Below, piece after piece: positions 23,990-33,655 of a DNA stretch of 33,655 nucleotides. The position numbers and the translations under genes are program-made. Position 1 is the first letter of the stretch. Each line of letters starts with the position of its first letter. The notes under the pieces are model-generated. The model was given only the letters and a program-made list of their open reading frames with translations. It was not told where the DNA came from and searched no databases. The stretch comes from Chiloscyllium plagiosum (taxonomy: Eukaryota). The DNA lies in assembly GCF_004010195.1 (NCBI RefSeq), contig NW_025214201.1:1-33655 (forward strand), read 5' to 3'.

Positions 23990-24356
23990 AATTAAGTACT
24001 TTATGCAATGTTATAATATAGGAAATGGTCCAATTTGCACACTGCAAAGCACTACAAGTAGCAATGTGATAATAACCATATGATCTGTTTTAATGATACT
24101 GATTGAGGGTTGTCCAGATGCAAGGCAAACTCATCTTTGTAATAGTGCCATGAGATCCTTTAAATCTACTTGAGAACATATATGGAGCCTTTGTTTAACA
24201 CCTGATCTGAAAGATGATACCTTTTTGTAGTGCAGTAGCTCTTTAGTAACTGTATTAGCTTTTCAGAATGAAGTTTATGCTTAAGCCTGTGGAGTTGGAC
24301 TTGAATCTGCAATCCTCTGACTCCAAGGTGAGAATATTTGCAACTGAGTCATGGCA
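23990..24356 (-). mobile_element. Old DeuSINE/SacSINE-like element
   Basis: Minus-strand tRNA-like head at 24290-24356; Deu-like core tctgaaagatgatacc...agtgcag. Confidence 0.6.
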
Positions 24357-24575
24357 CATGTAGGCAGGTGGTCTAAATCATCACTCTTTGATTTAAAAGT
24401 TGCCTAACTTAAGTTTTATGTAGAATATTTTTTAAAAAGCTGGTTAGAATTGGAGATTTTTTTCTTTTTAAAATTGTGACTATATAATTTTCTGAAACTG
24501 TTCAAACATTTTGAGATTTAACATTTTGTAGTCAATTTTATAAAACATTTTCTCACAATTGTATCGTTTGTACAG

Positions 24576-24612
24576 GTCATCTTCTGGTTCCTGGAAATCA
24601 CATCACTCTTGA
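24576..24612 (+). CDS. PRRG2: Candidate terminal coding exon (GSSSGSWKSHHS*)
   Basis: Acceptor tttgtacAG; phase fits the 23039 donor; TGA followed by AT-rich, repeat-poor UTR-like sequence. Confidence 0.55.
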
Positions 24613-25876
24613 TAATGAATTTATTCGATGATGAATTAACAAATATTCGCACTAACAGTAAACATTTAAATTTGGTGTTTTTTAAAAATGAAATTTGCAC
24701 TATAAAATAATATTTAATTAAGTATCTTTGTATTGGAAAGTGATACTTGTATATAGCTTTGTGATGTAAAATGATCATAAATTATGCAAAATGTTTGTCT
24801 TTTTCATTGTTTAACCTTTATCTGACACTTTCTTAATCTAACAAAACGCTTGAACAATTTAAATAATACAAATATAAATGTTGTGAACTATTGACCTTCA
24901 CACTTGTTTGGGAGTACAAATCTGAGGTTAGCTGTAAATCGCAGAATTCTCAAACTCCAGTTAGATTAAGCATTTGTAGAATTGAGCCTAGCTTAAGTAT
25001 CACTGCATTATCAGACATGTGCTTGATATCAATTATATGTAAAACTCAATTTCAAAGACTGTTGAAGTCTAGGAGTTTAATAAATCAAATCTAAATCAGA
25101 CAGAGGTATAGTTTTAAAAACTGTTTTTATACAAACAACCACTACATGACATCTCAAAGTTGTAGTCAGTGAAAAGGCTGGTCGTTTAGATTATCTGTAT
25201 CAAATGTTGCTTTCAACTAGCTCAGCTCAATCATTAAATTCAAATACACATTTCAAATAACTGCAGCTTGTGTCCTCACTGGCCACTAAATGCTTTCAGT
25301 TGCCATTATGAAGGTTGTCAACCATAAAAACCTTAGGAACTGGCTTTGGAGCAAATTTTTCATTACCTTTTACTCAATCTCTGATTGCAAGTTGAAGAAT
25401 TCTGCTTATGCCCAAGATGCTTTTCAATCGCCAACTCAGTGCCTATACAATTCACAGTTGGTTTGCGAAGCTGGCAATTTTGGCTATCTGCTGTCCTGGA
25501 TTATATTGCTTTTAGGAAAAGTTCAAGTTGTAATATTGGGTAGTTTGGTCATAGCACATTTTATGCCAGTTATTTAATGCATGCACCAGTTGCTTTTACC
25601 CCTCCTGATTGAAGGTGATATGTCTTAAAAAAAACTGAAAATAAATTAAAAGGCTGTTCTGTTGCCTGGAGAATGGAACCTGGAAATAGGCAAGGTTTTG
25701 CAAAAAATGTGCAGTTCAACCTGAGCGAAAGAGGAATCGGGGAAACTATTTCAATTCAAACCCTTAGGCCTCCTTAGACTTGCATACAATTGTTTAAGGC
25801 TGATTTACTGGCACACCTTGATCTAGAGTCATTTTTTGATGTGGTTCTCACTTCCTGTGAAATTATAACAAGATTT

Positions 25877-26115
25877 GGGGGTTGGTTAATTCAGCTGACA
25901 ATATGGCTAGAGAGTGTTGCAGAATGATGTCAGTAATATTGACTTCCTCCCTGTACCAGCTGTGATAGTTCATGCGACTCCATTTCATCATCATGCCCAA
26001 TCCTCGAACAGTGGTGTGCCTCAAGCTATCTTAAACCAATTGTCTGTCTGTTTGTCCTTCTCTCCCTGTATGGAGAGAGATGCCTGTTGTTCTTCGTTAC
26101 CTGTGGCGAACTACT
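25877..26115 (+). mobile_element. Decayed tRNA-like SINE
   Basis: Related to 7810-7897 (gcagaatgatgtcagta, accagctg). Confidence 0.45.
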
Positions 26116-26255
26116 TTGTTTTAAGGTAATAGGTTATGGTGAAGTCCACACTTTACTGACTAAGCAAAATTTGTTCCTTTTGTGTTTTTAAGACTCAAAT
26201 TAGTGTGAAATGTGAGTGGCATAAGTTGTCAGCTATCAAACTAACTATGACTAAG

Positions 26256-26495
26256 GCAAAAATGAAACCAAGAACTGCAGATGATGGAGATCTGAAACAA
26301 ACAAAAATTTAAATTGCTGTAGAAACTCAGGAAGCCTGGCAGCATTTGTGGACAGAAAAGGGAGTTGACGTTTCGAGTCCAGACACCCTTCTTCAAAACA
26401 GTTCAAAAGAAGTGTCACTATCCTCAAAATATTAACTGTTTTCTTTTCACAGATGCTGCCAGATCTCTAATTTCTCCAGTAATCTCTGTTTTTGG
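26256..26495. mobile_element. Older fold-back remnant of a second Penelope-like family
   Basis: aactgcagatgatggagatc start; imperfect arms ctggcagcattt / agatgctgccag. Confidence 0.65.
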
Positions 26496-26977
26496 TTGAC
26501 TGTGGCAACTTCTTTTTGTGTGCTGAATTTTCCAAGCTTATTCAGAAATGTGTGGTCATGGTTTGATTGACACTAGTGATTTGAAATGTTGATACACTTT
26601 GATCTCCTTATGAAAACTGGCATCTCTGTGCTTAACAGCCAATTCTTAGGCATGCCACCACCACCAAAAATGCATATTTCTATGGGGATATTTTTCCTGA
26701 GAAGGTTTAGCTGCTGTTTCATCTTTTTGTCCTTTTCTTTGACATTTCTCTTTTTTTTCAGTTGTTATTGATCAACATTTTAGATTCTATATTCTTGTTA
26801 AATAATTTCTGCCTGTAGATTTATTGCATTTTATAATCATCTATTATGTATCTTTGTAATAGATCAATAACCTGTTAAACATTTAAAATCTGAATAAAAC
26901 TTTCATTTTAAAAAATCAGCCTTATTAATCATAGGCTATTTTGTAGAACATTTCAGTTTCTATGATAAATGTTTCCA

Positions 26978-27260
26978 TCAGTGGTTAGCACTGCTGCCTC
27001 TCAGTGCCAGGGACCTGGGTTTGATTCTAGCCTCTGGCAACTGCCTGTGTGGAATTTGTACATTTTCCCCATGTCTGAGAGGGTTTCCTCCGGGCGCTCC
27101 AGTTTCCTGCCACAGCCCAAAGATGTGCAGATTAGGTGCATTAGTTGGAGTAAATATAGAGTAATAGGGTAGGGGAATGGGTCTGGGTAGTATACTATTC
27201 GGAGGGTTGGTGTAGATTTGTTGGGCCAAATTACCTGTTTCCGCACCGTAGGGATTCTAT
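26978..27260 (+). mobile_element. HE1/V-SINE-like SINE
   Basis: Head, central domain and tail; 12-bp flanking direct repeat. Confidence 0.9.
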
Positions 27261-27419
27261 GATAAAATATTGAACTTCAGAGTTGTCCACTGATGGTGCT
27301 GTGTGTCAGACTGCAAAAGGTAGTTTTCGCCAAATTGTCTTTGCTGTAAATCACATCGTTTAAACTGACTGTAATTTCTCTTTAACTTGGTCACCCTAAT
27401 GGATTTTTTGAGTTGTTCA

Positions 27420-27600
27420 TACATCTCAAAGTGCTTTGAAGTGTAAGATTTGTTGTGCTGCAGAAAATATGACCGTCAGCTTAGCATACAGCAAAGTCCT
27501 GCAAATGACAAAATGATAGCTGAAAGATGGTACCTTCAACAATGCAGCACTCCATCAGTCCCACGAGTGAAATATCAGCCAAGGGTTTGTGCTCTGGTTC
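27420..27600 (-). mobile_element. DeuSINE-like fragment
   Basis: ctgaaagatggtaccttcaacaatgcagcactcc core. Confidence 0.6.
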
Positions 27601-28982
27601 ATGCATTATGACTTAATTCACCTACATCTAACTTGGATGCAACAATACAACTGACTGAAACACAGTTGAAGCAAACTAAAGCAATAAGATAAGAGCAATA
27701 GGCAAAATTCTACTTGATCTAGTCTTTGCCAATCTATGTGCTGCAAATGCTTCTGTCCATAACAGTAGCAGTAACAACTCAGCAATCCGTGTAGATATAA
27801 AGTCCTGTTTTCGCAATGAGAATATCCTCCATCATGTGCCATAACCACCGTGCTAAATGAATCATATTTTGAACAGATGTAGTAACTCAGTGCCTCATGG
27901 ATGCCCAGAATTGTGGCCTAGCAGCAAAATTGTATTTAACTGAAACTTGTAACCTCATGGCCTGGCATATCTCCCATTGAATCTCCTGGCTTGGTGATAA
28001 GGATTCAATGAAGAGTGTTAGAGAGTATGTGAGAAACAGCACCATACATACCCAAAACAAGAGGCTAACTTGTTGAAGCCATAACACAGAATTACTTGCA
28101 TACCAAACAGCAGAAGTAGTTGGTAATTAATATGGCTAAGCAATCCTACAACCAACAGATAAGATCTAACCTCAAGTCCTCCCACAGCAAGTCATGAATG
28201 ATGGACAACAGTTAAATGATTCATTGGCAGAGGTGGAAGCTACACAAATATCCTCATCATTAGTGATAAGGGAGTGCAGTGCTTGGAAAGATCAGGTTGA
28301 AATATGTGTATCCATCTTCAGCAAGAAATTGATTGAATGATCCATCTTCCCAATCTCCTGAGGTTCCCAGCATCACAGATATCAGTCTTCAACCATTCAA
28401 ATTAATTTGACATGATATCGAGAAATGGCTAAGGACATCAGATACTTCAAAGTCTATGAGCCCTGACAACATTCTGGCAATAGTACTACAAACTTGGCTA
28501 AGTGTAGGACTAATTTGAAGCATAAGCTGTTCCAGTATATCTACAACACTGGCATTTACTCAACAATGTGGAAAATTACCTGAGTACATCTTTACACAAA
28601 ATATAGGACAAATCTAATCCAGCCTATTACTGATGTATTGATCTATTTTTGACCAACAAAATGATGGAAGAGATCATAAAATAGTGCTAAGAAACTATAT
28701 TGCAAAGGAATAACTTGCTTATTGGCACAGTTTGTTGTTCTGCCAGGGCACATCATCTGCTGGACATCAAAGGAGTCTTGTTTCAAATATGGACACAAGC
28801 TGAACTTGTCAGCTTGTGAATGTGGCTGTCCTTGACATTGTAGCAGTATTTAACACCAAGGAGTCCTGGTAAAATTGGAGTCAGTGGGAATCTCGGATAA
28901 AATCCTGCTAGTTGGAGTCATACCTATCTCAAAGTTGTGGTCGTTGGAGCTCAGATATGTCAGCCCCAGGACATCACTGCAG

Positions 28983-29102
28983 ATAAATATTTTCTCATTG
29001 ATATGTTCAGATGTGTTATTACACACCTTTGGATCAGGTGAAACTTGGACTCAGGCCTTTTGGCTGAGGGATAGAGACACCACAGTTGTGCCACAAGATA
29101 CC
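28983..29102 (-). mobile_element. Short tRNA-like SINE inserted in the LINE
   Basis: Interrupts RT just before PQGSVLG; minus-strand A/B-box-like head. Confidence 0.6.
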
Positions 29103-29672
29103 GAGCTCCTCAGGGTAGTGTCCTAGGCACACGTCTTCAGCTACATCATCATTGGACCTTCCCTCTGTCATAAGTCAGAGGTGGGAATGTTCACTGATGA
29201 TTGCACCACATTTGCAATGAATCAGATTTTGAAGCAGTCTGTGCCCATTTTCAGCAAGATATGGATAATCACCCACATTTGGGGTGATATGTGGTCTATT
29301 ACTGGTAACTTAAATGTGAGGCAAAGGTTATCTTCAACAAGAGAATCTAAGCATCACCCCAACCCATCACTTGTTCCTGTAATGCATGTCCACCATCCGC
29401 CAGCAACAAGTGAGGAGTATGGTAGAATGTTCACCACTTGCTTAGATGAATACAGCTTCAATAACACAAGCTTAGAACTATCCAGGGCAAAGCATTCATA
29501 AGCAATTGGTACCCTAACCATCACTATCACAATTTCCAGTGACAGAAGTTTGTACCATCCACCAGATGCATCACGTAACTCACCAAGACTCCTTCCATAG
29601 CACTTCCCAAACTGTGACCTTTATCATCTAGAAGAACAAGAGCAGCAAATACATGGAAATCCCACCATTTGT

Positions 29673-30000
29673 ATGGTGGCTCAGTGGTTAGCACTGCTGC
29701 CTCACAGCACCTGGGACCCAAGTTTGATTCCAGCCTCAGGTGACTGTGGGGAGTTTGCATATTCTCCCAGTGTCTGTGTGGGGTTCCTCTGCATGCTCTG
29801 ATTTCTAACCATAATCCAAAGATGTGCAGGTTAGGTGGAACACTCATGCTAAATTGCCCATAGTGTCCAGGTATGTATAGGTTAGGTGGATTAGTCATGG
29901 GAAATGCAGGGCTGCCAGGATAGAGTAGGGAGGTCAGTCTGGGTGGGATGCTCCTTAGAGAATCGGTGTGGCCTGTTTCTGCACTATAGGGATGGTGTGA
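29673..30000 (+). mobile_element. HE1/V-SINE-like SINE nested in the LINE 3' region
   Basis: Head, central domain and tail. Confidence 0.9.
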
Positions 30001-30242
30001 TTGTAAGTTTCTTCCCAAACCATACACCATGCTGACATGGAATCATATTGCTATTCCCTCACTGTAACTGGGTCAATATTCTGGAAATTATCCTAACAGC
30101 ATTAAGAGTATGTCTAGATCCAAAGGACTGGGATGTTTCAAAAAGGCAACTTGCCATCTCCTTTTTCAGGGCAGTTAATGATGGGCAATAAATGTGATGC
30201 CAAATGGTGACTGTATTCCATGATCAAATTGAAAAATGTGTA

Positions 30243-30490
30243 AACATATGAATTAGGAGCAGAAGTAGACCAATCATCCCCTTGATCCTGCTGTGCTATT
30301 TACTGCAATCATGGTTGTTTGTGTTTCAAATTTCACATTCCATCTACTCCCAATAATCTTTGATTCCCATGCTTAACAAATTCCAATCTACTTCAGCCTT
30401 AGAAATAGTCAATGACCATGCTTCCACTGCCTCTGAGACAATTCTGAAGTCACACAAAACTCCAAGAAAACAACTCTCCTCTGTCCTAAA
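30243..30490 (-). mobile_element. CR1 LINE 3' tail
   Basis: aacatatgaattaggagcagaagtagacca; reverse complement of the tail type at 13.6 and 21.3 kb. Confidence 0.7.
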
Positions 30491-31069
30491 ATGTATATTC
30501 ATCAAGGTGCAGTGGAACTAACATTAAAGCAAGATACATTAAAGAATTGTTCAGACTTATAAAATATACAAATATATTTAGAAAACTAGTAACCTTGTTC
30601 TGTTTTATACACTTGTAATTTACTGGAGAAACAAAATTATAATATGTGACCGACCATTCAATTATGATGAAAATATATTTTAATTCAGAAGAGAATCATT
30701 GTTTAAGGACACTGAAAATTAGACTGTCATTCCCAGATGCAATTCTAATGATCTGTGTAAATACAGAGTTCATATTTGTTTATTCAGCACAGAAATTAGA
30801 TTTTAAAAGGTCAAAGAAATTACAGGAAGGTGCCGACCAGTGTGTATAGAGTGAGATGTGATGGTGAACAATCATAATTGTGATATTATCATTCTTGGTT
30901 AAGAAGGGGAAAATTATGCTGATTGTTTCAAAATGCTGATTCTGATTGGCTCTACTTTCTCATAAGTCTATGTGAATCTATTAATGGCAATATCCTGATC
31001 AGACAGAGGTGTACATCTGTCAGGAGGTAATCCACTGTGTACCTTAGGCTTAATAGACTGATTTGAAGT

Positions 31070-31580
31070 TTGAGTCGAAAAGCGTGGTGCTGGAAAAAGC
31101 ACAGCAGGTCAGGCAGCATCCGAGAAGCAGGAGAGTCGATGTTTTGGGCATAAGCCCTTCCTCAGGAATGTGAGGCTGAGAGATAAATAGGAAGGTGGGT
31201 GCGTGGCTGGGGGAAGTAGTTGGGAAAACAATGGGTGGATGCGGGTGGGGACAGATTGTGATAGGTTGGTTGGGAGGATGGAACGGATAGGTGGGAAGGA
31301 AGATGGACAGGTAGGACAGGTCAAGAGGGTGGTGCCGAGTTGGAGGGTTGGATCTGGGATGAGGTGGAGGAAGGGGAGATTTGGAAACTAGTGAACTTCA
31401 CATTGATGGTATTGTGGTTGAAAAGTCCCAAGGCAGAAGATGAGGCATTTTTCCTCCAGTTGTCGGGTGGCTTGGATTTGGCAGTGCAGGAGGCCCAGGA
31501 CTTGCATGTCCTTGGTGGAGTGGGAAGGGGTGTTGAAGTGGTTGGCCACAGGGCTGTTGGGTACGTGTGTTGGCATTGGT
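31070..31580 (-). mobile_element. Penelope-like retroelement 3' fragment with GIY-YIG endonuclease C-terminus
   Basis: PVANHFNTPSHS...RQLEEKCLIFCLGTFQP, then a pyrimidine-rich UTR and the terminal repeat unit. Confidence 0.85.
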
Positions 31581-31659
31581 AATTGCTTCTAAGTTGATGA
31601 TGTTTGGTAATCTCATATGTTTTTATACAATTTTATTAAATACTACTGGTTCTTTTCTA

Positions 31660-32310
31660 GAGATAAATGCGAGGTGCTGCATTTTGGGAAAGCAAATCTC
31701 AGCAGGACTCATACACTTAATGGTAAGGTCCTAGGGAGTGTTGCAGAACAAAGAGACCTTGGAGTGCAGGTTCATAGCTCCTTGAAAGTACAGTTGCAGG
31801 TAGATAGGATAGTGAAGAAGGCATTTGGTATGCTTTCCTTTATTGGTCAGAGTATTGAGTACAGGAGTTGGGAGGTCCTGTACTCAATACTCTGGGCTGG
31901 GGCTGTTTTCCCTGGAGCGTCGGAGGCTGAGGGGTGACCTTATAGAGGTTTACAAAATTATGAGTGGCATGGATAGGATAAATAGACAAAGTCTTTTCCC
32001 TTGGGATCGGGGAGTGCAGAACTAGAGGGCATAGGTTTAGGGTGAGAGGGGAAAGATATAAAAGAGACCTAAGGAGCAACCTTTTCACGCAGAGGGTGGT
32101 ACGTGTATGGAATGAGCTGTCAGAGGATGTGGTGGAGGCTGGTACAATTGCAACATTTAAGAGGCATTTGGATGGGTATATGAATAGGAAGGGTTTGGAT
32201 GGATATGGGCCAGGTGCTGGCAGGTGGGACTAGATTGGGTTGGGATATCTGGTCGGCATGGACAGGTTGAACCGAAGGGTCTGTTTTCATGCTGTACATA
32301 TCTATGACTA
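31660..32310 (+). mobile_element. Young CR1 3' fragment with internal deletion
   Basis: DKCEVLHFG, LRGDLIEVYKIM, FTQRVVRVWNEL; very similar to the reverse complement of 10130-10908. Confidence 0.95.
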
Positions 32311-32914
32311 TTCAAAGGAACATGAAGTGAATGACTGAAGAAAAACATATCCAGGAATTTTTAAGTATGACAGCTAGTATGGATCTGTAATGATTAACAG
32401 CCTCACTGCTTTCCAGAAATCTGTTTGCTACTCTGTTAGTTTCCTTGCTATGATGTTATTACCATAATCAGCTGTGCTCTCTGGACTTCTCCTGTGTTTG
32501 GATGGATATAAAATTGCATATAAAAGTGATAACATTTTTAAAGCATGACTATGTTTTTCTACCGTTTATGTATATTAGAATCAGAGATGTCAAGTGCCAA
32601 AACACACAACAGTTTCTCATTTCAAATATACAATACCAGCATCAAATGCCCCCAGGTTAACCAACATACAAGTCAGGTGCAAGCTGTAACTGGTAGAATT
32701 GCCACTACTATTGCCCCAGTGATGTGCCTTAACCCCAAACTCAAAACAGCTGCTATGGCATGATTCAGACATTCTTCTTTCTCACTTTGGCCATCCTTGA
32801 GGCTCCTGTTGGAGAAAATGCCAAATTTGTGCCAAGTTCAGGGCAATCTTATGCTGTGAGAAAACTAGACTGAAACTTCCAGCAATTTAAGATGCTTTTT
32901 TGCAGCCAGCAAAT

Positions 32915-33142
32915 TGTTGTCCAAGTGCCATAGGCCATCATGGACTTTCAAATTTTCCAATCATTGAAACAATGGATGATCTCATTGTTGGATTTCTGAT
33001 TAAGACGGTCTTTTATGTTGTCCAGCTGTTTCCTTTGCTCGACCTCTTGTTCTTTTGCCTTTAATCCTTCTGGTGATGATTTGGCACCTAACCCCTCTGC
33101 ATTGGTAGCATGTCCAAAGAATACGATTAACCATCTTTTGAT
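32915..33142 (-). mobile_element. RTE LINE 3' remnant
   Basis: Minus strand FFGH...RIKGKRTRGR...LDNIK across frameshifts. Confidence 0.6.
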
Positions 33143-33454
33143 ATTAGAACATAGAACAGTACAGTACAGGCCCTTCGGCCCTCGATGTTGTGCTGGCCTT
33201 TTATCCTATTCAAAGATCATACTAACGTACATACCCTTCATTGTACTATCTTTCATGTCCTATCCAAGAGTTGCTTAGATGTCCCTAACATATCTGACTC
33301 TACTACCACTGCTGGTAGTGCATTCCACACACCCACCACTCTCTGAGTAAAGAATCTACCTCTGACCCCTCCAGTCCAGGCAACATCCTGGTAAATCTCC
33401 TCTGCACCCTCTCTAAAGCTGCCAAATCTTTACCGTAATGAGGCCACCAGAACT
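33143..33454 (-). mobile_element. CR1 LINE 3' fragment
   Basis: tagaacatagaacagtacag tail; ggcaacatcctggtaaatctcctctgcaccc. Confidence 0.85.
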
Positions 33455-33655
33455 GACCTTTACACCACTCAGGCTAAACGCCAGCTCGCGGACACCTCCT
33501 CCTACTGCCCCCTTGACCATGACCCCACCTCCCACCACCAAACCATCATCTCCCAAACCATCCAGAACCTCATCACCTCAGGGGATCTCCCATCCACCGC
33601 CTCCAACCTCATAGTCCCACAACCCCGCACCGCCCGTTTCTACCTCCTGCCCAAA
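33449..33655 (+). mobile_element. Penelope-like RT N-terminal region, open to the window end
   Basis: RTDLYTTQAKRQLADTSSYCPLDHDPT...PQPRTARFYLLPK, no stop codons. Confidence 0.88.

Larger units (their letters stand above)
24613..26920 (+). other. Candidate 3' UTR
   Basis: AATAAA at 25079, 25640 and 26893; AU-rich; low repeat density. Confidence 0.4.
27640..30235 (+). mobile_element. Decayed LINE (CR1/L2 group) ORF2 and 3' UTR
   Basis: LLDLVFAN, KSMSPDNI, KSNPAYY, PQGSVLG, GMFTDDCT in order; tail gatgggcaataaatg. Confidence 0.85.

Noticed and set aside
33015..33140. Exon of a neighbouring minus-strand gene
   Set aside because: Better explained as a frameshifted RTE LINE C-terminus

Overview
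Eukaryotic, AT-rich vertebrate DNA; the repeat content (HE1/V-SINE-like SINEs, CR1 LINEs, Penelope-like elements) points to a cartilaginous fish (inference). The window holds most of one + strand spliced gene for a transmembrane gamma-carboxyglutamic acid (Gla) protein of the PRRG2/PRRG4 group. Its exons are 2723-2886 (propeptide+Gla), 5722-5770, 16186-16312 (TM), 22914-23039 (LPSY and PPPY motifs) and a candidate last exon at 24576-24612. All join in frame; no signal-peptide exon was found. The rest is intronic/intergenic and densely filled with nested decayed retroelements, solo LTRs and Tigger-like MITEs. Most ORF-track entries are repeat fragments or noise. The most unusual signals are ~200-bp fold-back insertions derived from Penelope-like elements, with ~15-bp target duplications and turning points at a hammerhead-ribozyme-like motif; several templated-repair scars; and a stop codon embedded in a perfect splice donor. 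I see no convincing wholly new gene system; those items are the best candidates. Family names come from motif recognition, not database searches, and repeat boundaries are approximate.
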